Shown: positions 31,037 through 40,550, counted from the first letter of the stretch. The stretch is DNA of 64,000 bases from Clostridia bacterium (GCA_045633565.1 JAZQYO010000007.1:8724-72723); one strand, 5' to 3'. Program-made: numbers and translations. Notes: generated by a model not told the origin, from the sequence alone.

Positions 31037-32137
31037 TTATCTTATCCTTACAGGTAAAACTATGTAGAGATATTCTTCACCTTCTACCGGACGAAGAACT
31101 GTCGGAGTGATATTTCCGTTAAGTTCTATCATTACATATTCATCATCAATTGCTTTTAAGGCATCAAGCATAAATTTGCAGTTATAACCAACCTCAAAAG
31201 TTTCATTTCCGTTGCCGCTGACAGCAATAACTTCTTTAAGATGTCCTTTTGCAGTATCACAGGTTATGGTTATGCTATTTAAATCATAAGCAATTTTAAC
31301 AGGGTTTATAATTCCGCCTGCTTCAGCAAGAAGTGAAGCTCTGTCTATACTTTTTACAAGTTCTTTAACCTCAACCCTTGCACTGTAAAGCTTTTCCTTG
31401 GGAATTACATTGTTATAATTTATAAACTCTCCTTCTAAAAGTCTTGAGAAAAATCTGCAGCTGCCAAACTGGAACAAAACATTTTTCTCTGCCAGACTTA
31501 TCGAAACTTTTTCATCTTCAGTGCTCATTATTTTAGAAAGCTCATTTAAAGCTCTACCCTGAACAGTAAAGCTTAAATCATGGAAAACTTCAATAGGAGT
31601 GTTCTTTATTGCAAGACGATATCCGTCAACAGCAATGCCCTTCATATTATTTGAATTTATTTCCAGTTTAATTCCTGTTAAAATAGGATTAATGTCAGAT
31701 TGTGCAACCGCAAAAGATGTTTTTCTGATTACAGAAAGTAAACTTTCTGCAGTTGTAATTATTTCCTGGTTATATGACATATCTGGAATTTTCGGGAACT
31801 CATCACCATTTATACCCATAATATTAAAATCAAGCTCTCCGCATTTGATATTAACATTTTTGTCGCTCATAACCTCAAAGTCAATCATTCCTTCAGGCAT
31901 ACGACGTATAATTTCCGAAAGCATTCTTGCATCAACTGCAATACTTCCTTCAGAATAAACATTGGCATCAAACACATATTCAATTGTAATTTCATTATTA
32001 CTGCCTGTTATTTTTATATCTTTACCTGCTTCAATCAAAAGTGTTTCAAGAATAGGAAAAGATGAATTTGAAGCTGCAGCTTTGCCTGCCGCATTAATTG
32101 CAGTCATCATATCAAAATTAGAACAGGAAAATTTCAT
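31037..32137 (-). CDS. dnaN: DNA polymerase III beta subunit (sliding clamp)
   Basis: 366 aa with three-domain clamp architecture, immediately downstream of dnaA. Confidence 0.95.
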   Translation of the reverse strand: MKFSCSNFDMMTAINAAGKAAASNSSFPILETLLIEAGKDIKITGSNNEITIEYVFDANVYSEGSIAVDARMLSEIIRRMPEGMIDFEVMSDKNVNIKCGELDFNIMGINGDEFPKIPDMSYNQEIITTAESLLSVIRKTSFAVAQSDINPILTGIKLEINSNNMKGIAVDGYRLAIKNTPIEVFHDLSFTVQGRALNELSKIMSTEDEKVSISLAEKNVLFQFGSCRFFSRLLEGEFINYNNVIPKEKLYSARVEVKELVKSIDRASLLAEAGGIINPVKIAYDLNSITITCDTAKGHLKEVIAVSGNGNETFEVGYNCKFMLDALKAIDDEYVMIELNGNITPTVLRPVEGEEYLYIVLPVRIR

Positions 32138-32362
32138 GGGGGTTCCTCCTTATTTATTTTAATAAATAGTAATAGTAGTAGGTGGTGTTAAAGTTGTTGA
32201 AAAACCAAAAAGTCAACGGAAATAAGCCAAAATTTTTAAACAGAAGACTTTTTATAACTTTCTTTTTTTGTGGATAAAATGTGTATTTATAAAAATTTAC
32301 ACACAGCTTGTATACAGTTTTATTAACATATTAACAAAAAAACTGTGGAAAATGTGGACAAC
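32138..32362. other. oriC-type DnaA-box cluster and AT-rich region in the dnaA-dnaN spacer
   Basis: Perfect DnaA box TGTGGATAA at 32269-32277, with near-consensus boxes TGTGGAAAA (~32344-32352) and TGTGGACAA (~32353-32361). Strongly AT-rich stretches surround them. Confidence 0.6.
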
Positions 32363-33676
32363 TTAACCGTTTTTAATATTAGATACTATATCACTGTAGT
32401 CACTTTCAACTGCTTTGTCTATTTTAATTGATTTACCTATTTTATCAACTGCATGTAAAACCGTTGTATGGTCACGATTAAAAGAAGAACCAACTTTTGG
32501 AGTAGATAAATCAAGGAGATTCCGACAGATATACATTGCAAGCTGACGAGCGTAAGAAATTTCTTTGGTTTTCTTTTTAGACATCAAATCTTCAACTGTA
32601 ATTCCAAAATAGTCGCTGACATAACTTTTAATTTCGTCAACTGTGTAAATTTTCTGAGCCTGGTTTTTATATTCGCCCAAAATATTTTTAGCAGTGTCAA
32701 GGTTGATAGTTGTTTTACTTAAGGATGAAAGTGCAGAAACTCTGTTAAGCGCTCCTTCAAGCTCCCTGATGTTGGTGTCAACACTTGAGGCTATGTAATC
32801 TAAAACATCAGCAGGAATTTCCGCATGGGTTCCCTGAAGTTTTTGCTGTAAAATAGCAAATCTTGTTTCGTAATCGGGGGACTGAATATCACAAACTATA
32901 CCCCATTCAAAACGGGTAATTAGTCTTTCCTCAATATTGTTAAGTTTTTTAGGCGGTTGGTCGGAAGAAATAATAATTTGCTTGTCCGCCTGGTGCAGAT
33001 GATTAAAAGTATGGAAAAATTCCTCCTGAGTTGATGTTTTTCCTGCAATAAACTGAATATCGTCTATTAACAGAACATCAATCTGACGATATTTATTTCT
33101 GAAACTTTCGTTTGTGCCCTTCTGAATTGAATTAATAAGTTCGTTTGTAAAATCAACAGAAGGAATATATAAAACCTTAAGAGAGGGATTCAAAACAGAA
33201 ATATAGTTTCCTATAGCGTGAAGAAGATGAGTTTTTCCAAGGCCGGAAGAGCCGTAAAGGAAAAGTGGGTTATATGCCTTTGCGGGTGTTTCAGCAACAG
33301 CAACCGAGGCAGCATGAGCAAATTTATTTGAAGAACCCACAATAAAGTTATCAAAAGTGTATTTTGGATTAAGTCCGATAGCATTTTTATTAAAAACAGG
33401 AATTTTTATTTCCTTTTCTATGCCCTTTTCGGAAGATAAAATTACATTAACGGAAACTGCTTCTTCAATAACTGTAGAAAGGCATGCCGAAATAACCGAA
33501 GAATATCTTGAAGAAATCATATTCTTAAGAAAATCCGTTTCGGTTGCAAGTGTAAATATGCCGTCATTATAGGAAACAGGCTCAAGAGGTTTTATCCATG
33601 TGTCAAAAGAAACCCCTGTCAGATTTTCCTTTAAAAGCATACGGGCTTTTTCCCAGTAAAAATTAATATTATCCAT
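32363..33676 (-). CDS. dnaA: chromosomal replication initiator protein DnaA
   Basis: AAA+ Walker A (GSSGLGKTHLLHA), sensor motifs and C-terminal DnaA-box-binding HTH (..SYARQLAMYICRNLLDLS..). Confidence 0.97.
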   Translation of the reverse strand: MDNINFYWEKARMLLKENLTGVSFDTWIKPLEPVSYNDGIFTLATETDFLKNMISSRYSSVISACLSTVIEEAVSVNVILSSEKGIEKEIKIPVFNKNAIGLNPKYTFDNFIVGSSNKFAHAASVAVAETPAKAYNPLFLYGSSGLGKTHLLHAIGNYISVLNPSLKVLYIPSVDFTNELINSIQKGTNESFRNKYRQIDVLLIDDIQFIAGKTSTQEEFFHTFNHLHQADKQIIISSDQPPKKLNNIEERLITRFEWGIVCDIQSPDYETRFAILQQKLQGTHAEIPADVLDYIASSVDTNIRELEGALNRVSALSSLSKTTINLDTAKNILGEYKNQAQKIYTVDEIKSYVSDYFGITVEDLMSKKKTKEISYARQLAMYICRNLLDLSTPKVGSSFNRDHTTVLHAVDKIGKSIKIDKAVESDYSDIVSNIKNG

Positions 33677-33799
33677 AATTTTTTCTCCAATTTTAAAGAA
33701 AAATTTTAAAATAAATTTTTAAAAAACATATTAGATTTATACATAAAAAATTATATCATAAATTTTCAAATTTTTCAAGGCTTTTGTTTATCATTTTAA

Positions 33800-33836
33800 A
33801 AAAATTTCTCCCCCTCTTTAGAGGGGGAGAAAAAGT
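33800..33836. terminator. bidirectional terminator (TTCTCCCCCTC-ttta-GAGGGGGAGAA)
   Basis: Perfect palindrome flanked by A and T runs. Ends citrate synthase on the minus strand and insulates the dnaA upstream region. Confidence 0.7.
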
Positions 33837-33841
33837 TAAAA

Positions 33842-35185
33842 TTATCTGTCGTCCATAAGAACGTATTCTTTACGCTCACAAACGCTTTTGAAAGCAGGTC
33901 TAATGATTTTTCCGTTGGTTAAAACCTCTTCAATTCTGTGTGAACACCAACCAACTATTCTTGAAACCGCAAACAGTGGTGTATAAAGCTCGGGCGGAAT
34001 GTCAAGCATCTGATAAACAAAGCCCGAATAAAGGTCTATGTTGGCACAGATTGCTTTTTTTACACCCATTTTTTCGCAAAGAATTTCGGGTGAAACCTCT
34101 TCTAAAAGCGCATAAAGGTTAAATTCGTCCATAAGACCTTTTTTTGCAGCCATTTCCTGTGCTTTTTGTTTTAAAACAGCAGCACGTGGGTCTGACAGGG
34201 TATAAACCGCATGGCCCATACCGTAAATAAGACCGGAACCGTTACCCGCCTGTTTTCTTACGATTTTTCGCAGGTAGTCTGCAAGCTCACCTTCACTTGT
34301 CCAGTCCTTAACATTTGTTTTAATTTCATCCATCATATCTAAAACGGCTTTATTTGCACCGCCGTGACGGGGACCTTTAAGTGAACAAATGGCAGAGCCG
34401 ATAGCTGAATATGTATCTGTTCCCGTAGATGAAACTACACGACACGCAAAAGCAGAGTTGTTACCTCCACCATGTTCTGCGTGCAACGTAAGCATAATGT
34501 CCAAAAGTTCCGCTTCTTCAGCAGAAAATTTGCCGTTAGGTCTTATAAGATGCAGAAAATTTTCCGCAGTGGAATTTTCCGATTTTGGCGGATGGATATG
34601 TAAGCTTTCACCTTCAAAATAGTGACGGCGTGCATGGTAAGAATAAGCAACAATTGTACTCATTCTTGAAATAAGCTCAATTGACTGGCGAAGAAGGTTT
34701 TCAAGTGTAAGTTCCTCGGGAGACTGGTCGTAAGAATAGAGAGAAAGAACACTTCTTGCAAGTTTATTCATAATGTCCGGACAGGGGGTTTTCATGATAA
34801 TATCTTCATTGAACCCCACCGGAAGTGTGCGCATCTTACCCAAAAGGCTGCTGAATTTACTATATTCTTCTTTTGACGGAAGTCTGCCAAAAAGCAGTAA
34901 AAATGCCGCTTCTTCATAGCTGGGACGGTTTTCCTCAACCGAATTTTTAATAATTTTTTTAACGTTTACACCCCGGTACATAAGTTTACCGGCAACGGGC
35001 ACTTTATCACAGTCGTCAATAATATAACCGCGAACTTCACCTACCGAAGTAAGACCTGCCAAAACACCTGTACCGTCAGCATTTCTCAGCCCTCTTTTTA
35101 CTTTATAGTTTTTAAAAAGAGAGGGGTCAATACTGTAACTCTCTTTGGCAAGGTCAAGAAAGTCAGTTACTTCTATGTTTTCCAT
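33842..35185 (-). CDS. citrate synthase
   Basis: 447 aa with LHAEHGGGNNSAF..SAICSLKGPRHGGANKAV motifs of the citrate synthase family. Confidence 0.9.
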   Translation of the reverse strand: MENIEVTDFLDLAKESYSIDPSLFKNYKVKRGLRNADGTGVLAGLTSVGEVRGYIIDDCDKVPVAGKLMYRGVNVKKIIKNSVEENRPSYEEAAFLLLFGRLPSKEEYSKFSSLLGKMRTLPVGFNEDIIMKTPCPDIMNKLARSVLSLYSYDQSPEELTLENLLRQSIELISRMSTIVAYSYHARRHYFEGESLHIHPPKSENSTAENFLHLIRPNGKFSAEEAELLDIMLTLHAEHGGGNNSAFACRVVSSTGTDTYSAIGSAICSLKGPRHGGANKAVLDMMDEIKTNVKDWTSEGELADYLRKIVRKQAGNGSGLIYGMGHAVYTLSDPRAAVLKQKAQEMAAKKGLMDEFNLYALLEEVSPEILCEKMGVKKAICANIDLYSGFVYQMLDIPPELYTPLFAVSRIVGWCSHRIEEVLTNGKIIRPAFKSVCERKEYVLMDDR

Positions 35186-35257
35186 AATATTCCTCCTAAA
35201 GAAAAAAAGATTTTTATCCGAAAAAACGAATAAAAATCCTTTTATGTAACCAAAAAA

Positions 35258-35692
35258 CTATTTTTTAAGCTGACGTCTTGCTTCACGGATTTCGTCAAGA
35301 ACAACAGAGGTTGTTTTATCAATTTTTTCCATAATACTGTCAGCATATAAAACAGCATTGCGCTGCATTTCTGACTCCTGACGTCTTGCTTCTGCAAGGA
35401 TTGCTTCAGATTTTTCTTTTGCAGATTTTGTTATTTCGTGTTCGTCAATTAATGCAATAACTCTGTCCTGAGCGTCTTTAACAATTTTTTCAGCCTCAGC
35501 CTGAGCCTCGCTGATAATTCTCTGGCGCTCTTCTTTCACCCAACGTGCTTGTTTAAGCTCTTCGGGCAGTTTAAGACGAATTTCATCCGCCATTGCAAGA
35601 AGCTCCTCTTTATTTACAATTGTATGACCGAAAATATTAAAGCTTTTTTCTACAAGATCGTCCAATTCGTCAATTATCTGTAAAACTTCCAT
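35258..35692 (-). CDS. coiled-coil hypothetical protein (ATP-synthase b/E-subunit-like helical protein)
   Basis: 144 aa, highly charged, with predicted long helices (..AQAEAEKIVKDAQDRV..AEARRQESEMQRNA..). No catalytic motif. Confidence 0.35.
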   Translation of the reverse strand: MEVLQIIDELDDLVEKSFNIFGHTIVNKEELLAMADEIRLKLPEELKQARWVKEERQRIISEAQAEAEKIVKDAQDRVIALIDEHEITKSAKEKSEAILAEARRQESEMQRNAVLYADSIMEKIDKTTSVVLDEIREARRQLKK

Positions 35693-35724
35693 TTTTCTAC
35701 CTCCCGTAAAATAATAAACAGGGT

Positions 35725-36201
35725 CTATTTAAATTTATTGTAAATAGTATCTATACATTGCGGCGGAACAAGATTTGTAATATCCGCACCATAGCTTGCA
35801 AGCTCACGAACCAGACTGGAGCTCACATGTGAAAGCTCGGACGAGGTCATCATAAAAAGAGTTTCAATATCAGGATTTTGCTCACGGTTTGCAAGCGCCA
35901 TCTGAAATTCATACTCAAAGTCAGAAATCATGCGCAGACCTTTAATAATAATTTTAATGTCCTGTTCTTTCATGAAATGAACAAGAAGCTTGTCCGAAGA
36001 AGTGATTTCCACATTGTCAAATCCTGCGGTAACTTCACGAAGCATTTCAACACGTTCGGAAACCGAAAAAGCGGAGTTTTTAGCTTTATTGACAAACACC
36101 GCAACAACCACCTTATCAAAGGTTTTAGATGCCCTGCGGATAATGTCAAGATGACCGTTTGTAACCGGGTCAAAGCTTCCGGGATATACCGCTGTTTTCA
36201 T
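35725..36201 (-). CDS. coaD: phosphopantetheine adenylyltransferase
   Basis: MKTAVYPGSFDPVTNGHLDIIRRA.. carries the canonical (H/T)xGH nucleotidyltransferase motif. 158 aa. Confidence 0.93.
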   Translation of the reverse strand: MKTAVYPGSFDPVTNGHLDIIRRASKTFDKVVVAVFVNKAKNSAFSVSERVEMLREVTAGFDNVEITSSDKLLVHFMKEQDIKIIIKGLRMISDFEYEFQMALANREQNPDIETLFMMTSSELSHVSSSLVRELASYGADITNLVPPQCIDTIYNKFK

Positions 36202-36296
36202 AGATTATCATAGCCTTTCCACAGCATTATATATACTTACTATAACATTATATACTACTTTTTTAAAATAATCAAGTCTTTAAGCAAATTTTTTTG

Positions 36297-36830
36297 TTAT
36301 TTGCCATAAAATCTTACGGCAACCCGTCCGTAAAATCGCTCATCTTTGAGAACGAAGGAAGAAATTTCAGCCGGAAAAACCTCTTGTCTGTCGCTTTCGG
36401 CAACAATAATTCCATCGTCTGCTAAAAGATTTTTTTCGGCAATTATTTTCATGCAGTCTGCAATGTGGCCGGAAAAATAGGGAGGGTCCATAAAAATAAT
36501 ATCAAACTTCTCGTTGCAGCCAAGCAAAAACTTGTCTGCCGGCCGGCAGATAACATTTGCCAAAAGCCTTGTAAATTCAAGGTTTTTCTTTATGATTTCT
36601 GCCGATTTTTGAGATGAGTCAACAAGAGTTGCGCTTTTTGCACCACGACTTAACGCCTCAATTCCTATTGCTCCGCTTCCTGAAAAAAGGTCCAACACAT
36701 CAGCATCCGCAACCTTATCATAGAGAATATTAAAAATGCAGCCCTTTACCTTGTCGGTAGTTGGGCGGGTATCAAGTCCTGACAGAGTTTTCAGAGGCAG
36801 ACCGCCTCTTGATCCCGATATGACACGCAT
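36297..36830 (-). CDS. rsmD: 16S rRNA (guanine966-N2)-methyltransferase RsmD
   Basis: RVISGSRGGLPLKT..VLDLFSGSGAIGIEALSRGA..DPPY motifs. Start at ATG 36830 (MRVISG) with an AAAGGGGA RBS. The ORF-track start at 36869 is less likely. Confidence 0.85.
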   Translation of the reverse strand: MRVISGSRGGLPLKTLSGLDTRPTTDKVKGCIFNILYDKVADADVLDLFSGSGAIGIEALSRGAKSATLVDSSQKSAEIIKKNLEFTRLLANVICRPADKFLLGCNEKFDIIFMDPPYFSGHIADCMKIIAEKNLLADDGIIVAESDRQEVFPAEISSFVLKDERFYGRVAVRFYGK

Positions 36831-36885
36831 AAAAGTCCCCTTTCGCACATTAAAGGAAATCCGCAGCAATGCTGCGGATTAAAAG

Positions 36886-37737
36886 TTAATTAATAATTCG
36901 TCTTGCAGTTACATATCTTGAACTGTAGTAAGCTTCATCAAGACTGCTGGTTCTAACAATATCTCCCGGAACTGTAGCATGAACAAAATTATTGCTACCA
37001 ATGTATATTCCTACGTGAGAGATTCCACCATAGGTGTCAAAGAACACCAGGTCGCCCGGAATAAGCTCATCCCTTGAAACAGCATTTCCCACAGTTGCTT
37101 GTCCTGCTGCGGTACGGGGAAGGGAAATCCCAAACTGTTTATATACATAGCCGGTAAATCCGCTACAGTCAAAACCTGAGGGAGAAGCTCCTCCATAAAT
37201 ATAAGGTGTGCCTATAAGGTTTTTGCCATAATCAACCACACGGCTGCCCAATCTTGTAAAACTACTGCCTTCTCTTGATGAAAGAGAAGAAACATCTCTG
37301 ACAGAAACATAGTCGCTATGTACAAATCTAAGCTGACCGAAAAGAAGAATTTCGTACCAGTTACCCGAAACTCCGGTAAGCTGGACCTCATCTCCGCGCA
37401 CAAGCTGTCCCACAACTTCAGAATCGGTTGAGGGCTTGCTTCGGATATTTAAAAGGTCAGTAGTAATTGTGCCAACGGATTTTACATTAACCGCAACATA
37501 ATCGGCAGAAGCATAAGCCTCCATGCCGTTGTAATTAATACGGTAAAAAGCACCTTCGGCGGAAGATATATTAAGGATTTCTCCTTTATAAGCAGATGAA
37601 ATTTTCTTGCTGTCAGTTGAAGGGGCACTGCGGATGTTAAGCGCGTCTGTTGTTACGGTGCCTTCTGCTGCAAAACAGGAAGTAGCTGTCATAAAAATAA
37701 GTGCAGCAACGGAGGCAACCTTTTTAAACGTGTTCAT
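36886..37737 (-). CDS. NlpC/P60 family peptidoglycan endopeptidase with two SH3b domains
   Basis: Signal peptide, two SH3_3-like repeats (..LNIRSAPSTDSK.. and ..LNIRSKPSTDSE..) and a C-terminal NlpC/P60 domain (DCSGFTGYVY..H..IY). Confidence 0.8.
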   Translation of the reverse strand: MNTFKKVASVAALIFMTATSCFAAEGTVTTDALNIRSAPSTDSKKISSAYKGEILNISSAEGAFYRINYNGMEAYASADYVAVNVKSVGTITTDLLNIRSKPSTDSEVVGQLVRGDEVQLTGVSGNWYEILLFGQLRFVHSDYVSVRDVSSLSSREGSSFTRLGSRVVDYGKNLIGTPYIYGGASPSGFDCSGFTGYVYKQFGISLPRTAAGQATVGNAVSRDELIPGDLVFFDTYGGISHVGIYIGSNNFVHATVPGDIVRTSSLDEAYYSSRYVTARRIIN

Positions 37738-37966
37738 TTTACACGCCTCCTTTGTGATGATGCAGAAGCTCTCTGCATTTTTTCAGCATATTTATTTTAC
37801 CATAAAACTAACTGATAGTCAAATAAACAGCGCCAATAAAACCGAAAATATGTAAAATAAATCTTTGGAAAAACGCCCAAAAAGCCCATAATTAGGGAGA
37901 TGAGCGCATACTTTTCCGTAAAACGAAACTTGAGCAGAAAAAGCAGAAAACGTGTTAAAATTTTTG

Positions 37967-37995
37967 TTGACAAGGGGAAATTTATATGGTAAAAT
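37967..37995 (+). promoter_or_regulatory. promoter TTGACA-17-TAAAAT driving the TPP riboswitch and thiT
   Basis: Consensus -35 and a good -10 box about 15 nt upstream of the riboswitch aptamer. Confidence 0.6.
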
Positions 37996-38011
37996 GTGTA
38001 TGAAAATTTAA

Positions 38012-38150
38012 TCGGGGTGCTGATTTTCGGCTGAGAAAGCGATTGCTTAACCCGCGAACCTGATACGGATAATGCCGGCGTAGGAATAATAATCGATTAT
38101 TTTGCTCTACTGGGATTTCCCGGTGGAGCTTTTTTAATCCATCAGGAATT
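38012..38150 (+). promoter_or_regulatory. TPP (thiamine pyrophosphate) riboswitch
   Basis: GGGGTGC..GGCTGAGA..AACCC..GAACCTGATACGGATAATGCCGGCGTAGGAA matches the THI-element consensus (CTGAGA, ACCTGATCTGGATAATGCCAGCGTAGGGAA). The downstream gene is thiT. Coordinates are approximate (+/-2). Confidence 0.85.
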
Positions 38151-38182
38151 TTCACTATTATAATAATGAAAAGGTGGTTTTA

Positions 38183-38746
38183 ATGAAAACAAAAAAACTT
38201 ACTCTTGCAGGAATGCTTATTGCTCTTGCCACCGTTTTGTCCCTTATCAAGATTTTTGATATGCCCTATGGAGGCTCGGTTACGGCAGGAAGCATGGTTC
38301 CTATAATTATTTTTTCCATGCAGTGTGACACAAAATGGGGCATAACCCAGGCAATATGCTATTCCATTATACAGTTGATGCTTGGCTGGTACGCACCTCC
38401 TGCCCAGAACTTTGTTTCCTTTGCAGCAGTAATTTTGCTGGATTATGTAATAGCTTTCGGCGGACTTGGACTTGCAGGCCCGATAGCTCGCAGACTCGGA
38501 GGAGGCCGGTCGGCAACAGCCGTCGGCGTGATTTTGGTTCTTTTTATAAGATTTTTATGCCATTTTTTGTCAGGAATTTTAATCTGGGGAAGCTTTGCTC
38601 CCGAAGGTCAACCGGTATGGCTCTATTCGCTGCTGTATAATGGTGGATATATGCTCGGAGAAACGGTTGTAACATTGGCAGCAACCCTTTTGCTCCTTTC
38701 ACGCAAAGGCCAAAACTGTAAAAATTTACCAAAAAGCGGTGTATAA
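38183..38746 (+). CDS. thiT: thiamine ECF-transporter substrate-binding (S) component ThiT
   Basis: 187 aa with 6 TM helices, preceded by a TPP riboswitch. ATG 38183 has an AAGGTGG RBS. The ORF-track GTG 38174 is also possible. Confidence 0.8.
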   Translation: MKTKKLTLAGMLIALATVLSLIKIFDMPYGGSVTAGSMVPIIIFSMQCDTKWGITQAICYSIIQLMLGWYAPPAQNFVSFAAVILLDYVIAFGGLGLAGPIARRLGGGRSATAVGVILVLFIRFLCHFLSGILIWGSFAPEGQPVWLYSLLYNGGYMLGETVVTLAATLLLLSRKGQNCKNLPKSGV

Positions 38747-38799
38747 ATTTTGCCTGATAGCATGGACAAATGTCATATTAGGCGGAAAAATACACAAAT

Positions 38800-38860
38800 T
38801 TGTTCAATAAATTTGAACAAAACGTAAAAAATTGAAAAAAATGTTCAAAAATATTGAACA
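38800..38860. promoter_or_regulatory. two palindromic operator-like sites TGTTCAA-N5-TTGAACA overlapping the promoter of the spo0A-like gene
   Basis: TTGTTCAATAAATTTGAACAA (38800-38820) and TGTTCAAAAATATTGAACA (38842-38860). The second overlaps the -35 (TTGAAC, 38854-38859) of a TTGAAC-17-TATACT (38877-38882) promoter. Confidence 0.45.
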
Positions 38861-38914
38861 CTCTCCTTTTTTGTGTTATACTAAAGGCATCAAATACAGC
38901 AAGGAGAGACAAAA

Positions 38915-39700
38915 ATGGGAAACACAATACTTATAATTGACGATAACAGAGAGTATGGGGACAAGCTTAAAAAGGAACTGGCTGTTTATCCGGAATTTGG
39001 TGAAATTTTAAATGCAACCGGTGGCAGGGCGGGCCGTGATATGGCTGCAAGATATAATGTCGATGTTATTGTTTGTGAAGCTATCATGAGAGATGGAGAT
39101 GGATTTTCGGTTGTTGAGGATATTTTGAGGACTTCCGTTACAAAGCCTGTTATAATAATGATATCTTCATTTACCAATGAAGCCATGATTGCAAGGGCGG
39201 CGTCAAGCGGTGCGTCTTTTTATCTGCCCAAGCCTTTTGACGCTACAACTCTTTACCAGCACATCTCGTTTTTCACCAAAATGAAGGAAAAACCTGTTAA
39301 TGCCATGATAAGCGAGACGGACGATGACGAGTATGACATTGAAATAATGGTAAGCAATATGATAAAAACCATTGGTGTTCCGGCACACATTAAAGGATAT
39401 CAGTTCCTGCGTGATGCCATAATGTGGGTGGTTGAGGATATGGAGCTTATCAACGCCGTAACAAAAGAGCTTTATCCCGGAATTGCGAAGAAGCATAAAA
39501 CAACCTCATCAAGGGTTGAACGGGCAATTCGCCATGCTATAGAGGTGTCCTGGCAGAGAGGCGACGTGGAAACATTAAACAAGCTTTTCGGTCACACTGT
39601 GAAATTTACCAAGGACAAGCCCACAAACTCAGAGTTTATCGCAATGATAGCTGACAGGATAAGACTTCAGCTTAAACGACAGGGCAAAAAAGCGTCTTAA
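38915..39700 (+). CDS. spo0A: Spo0A-like response regulator (Spo0A_C DNA-binding domain) with Glu at the predicted phospho-acceptor position
   Basis: The C-terminal region [53 protein letters not shown] is diagnostic of Spo0A_C. The receiver domain has DD (res 9-10) and the conserved K (LPKPF). Where Spo0A has LVLDIIMP (D56) this protein reads IVCEAIMR. Confidence 0.85.
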   Translation: MGNTILIIDDNREYGDKLKKELAVYPEFGEILNATGGRAGRDMAARYNVDVIVCEAIMRDGDGFSVVEDILRTSVTKPVIIMISSFTNEAMIARAASSGASFYLPKPFDATTLYQHISFFTKMKEKPVNAMISETDDDEYDIEIMVSNMIKTIGVPAHIKGYQFLRDAIMWVVEDMELINAVTKELYPGIAKKHKTTSSRVERAIRHAIEVSWQRGDVETLNKLFGHTVKFTKDKPTNSEFIAMIADRIRLQLKRQGKKAS

Positions 39701-39750
39701 CAGTGCCTCCTTTACATTAAAGGTCGGCACTAAAGACCGGCCGAATATTA

Positions 39751-39776
39751 AAAAGCCACCGAAAGGTGGCTTTTTT
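39751..39776 (+). terminator. terminator (AAAAGCCACC-gaaa-GGTGGCTTTTTT)
   Basis: Hairpin plus T6 50 nt after the spo0A-like stop. Confidence 0.75.
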
Positions 39777-39830
39777 CTTGACATAACTTTGCCGGGGTGG
39801 TATATTAAATATTTGAAGGAAGGCAATATT

Positions 39831-40550
39831 ATGACAGAAAATAACAATTTTTTAAAAGGAATAAAGGGCGGACTTCCTATATGCATAGGGTATTTTGCAG
39901 TAGCCTTTGCATTTGGGATAACAGCCGTGCAGTGCGGACTTACCTGGGTGGAAACCCTGCTTATTTCCGTGACAAATTTGACCTCGGCAGGTCAGCTTGC
40001 GGGAGTGCCCATAATAGCAGGTGGTGGCTCGCTTATTGAAATGGCAGTGTCCCAGCTTGTGATAAACTCACGCTACGCACTTATGTCGGTATCTCTTTCG
40101 CAAAAATTTGGGAAATCTGTAAAACTCCCTCATCGGTTTTTGTTTTCCTTTACAAATACCGACGAGGTGTTTGCAGTTGCTATGACAAACAAAAATCCGG
40201 TAGGAAAAAAATTTATGTTTGGCCTGTCGCTGACACCGCCCATCGGCTGGACGCTTGGCACACTTTTTGGTGCAATTGCTGACAATATACTGCCGGCAAT
40301 AGTAATTTCCGCACTTGGAGTAGCAATTTACGGTATGTTTGTAGCAATCGTTGTCCCCGAAATGAAACACAAAAAACCCATCAGACTGTGCGTAATTTTT
40401 GCTGTAGCACTCAGTTGTGCGTTTTATTATATACCGGTTTTAAAAACAATTCCAAGCGGTTTTGTTATAATAATCTGCGCAGTTTTGGCGAGCACTCTGT
40501 TTGCCGTGGCTTACCCCATTCCGGCAGAGGAGGGACAGGCAGATGATTAG
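39831..40550 (+). CDS. azlC: AzlC-family branched-chain amino acid exporter subunit
   Basis: Polytopic membrane protein with the AzlC signature N-terminus (..GLPICIGYFAVAFAFGI..). ATG 39831 has a GAAGGAAGG RBS. An azlD gene overlaps its 3' end. Confidence 0.85.
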   Translation: MTENNNFLKGIKGGLPICIGYFAVAFAFGITAVQCGLTWVETLLISVTNLTSAGQLAGVPIIAGGGSLIEMAVSQLVINSRYALMSVSLSQKFGKSVKLPHRFLFSFTNTDEVFAVAMTNKNPVGKKFMFGLSLTPPIGWTLGTLFGAIADNILPAIVISALGVAIYGMFVAIVVPEMKHKKPIRLCVIFAVALSCAFYYIPVLKTIPSGFVIIICAVLASTLFAVAYPIPAEEGQADD

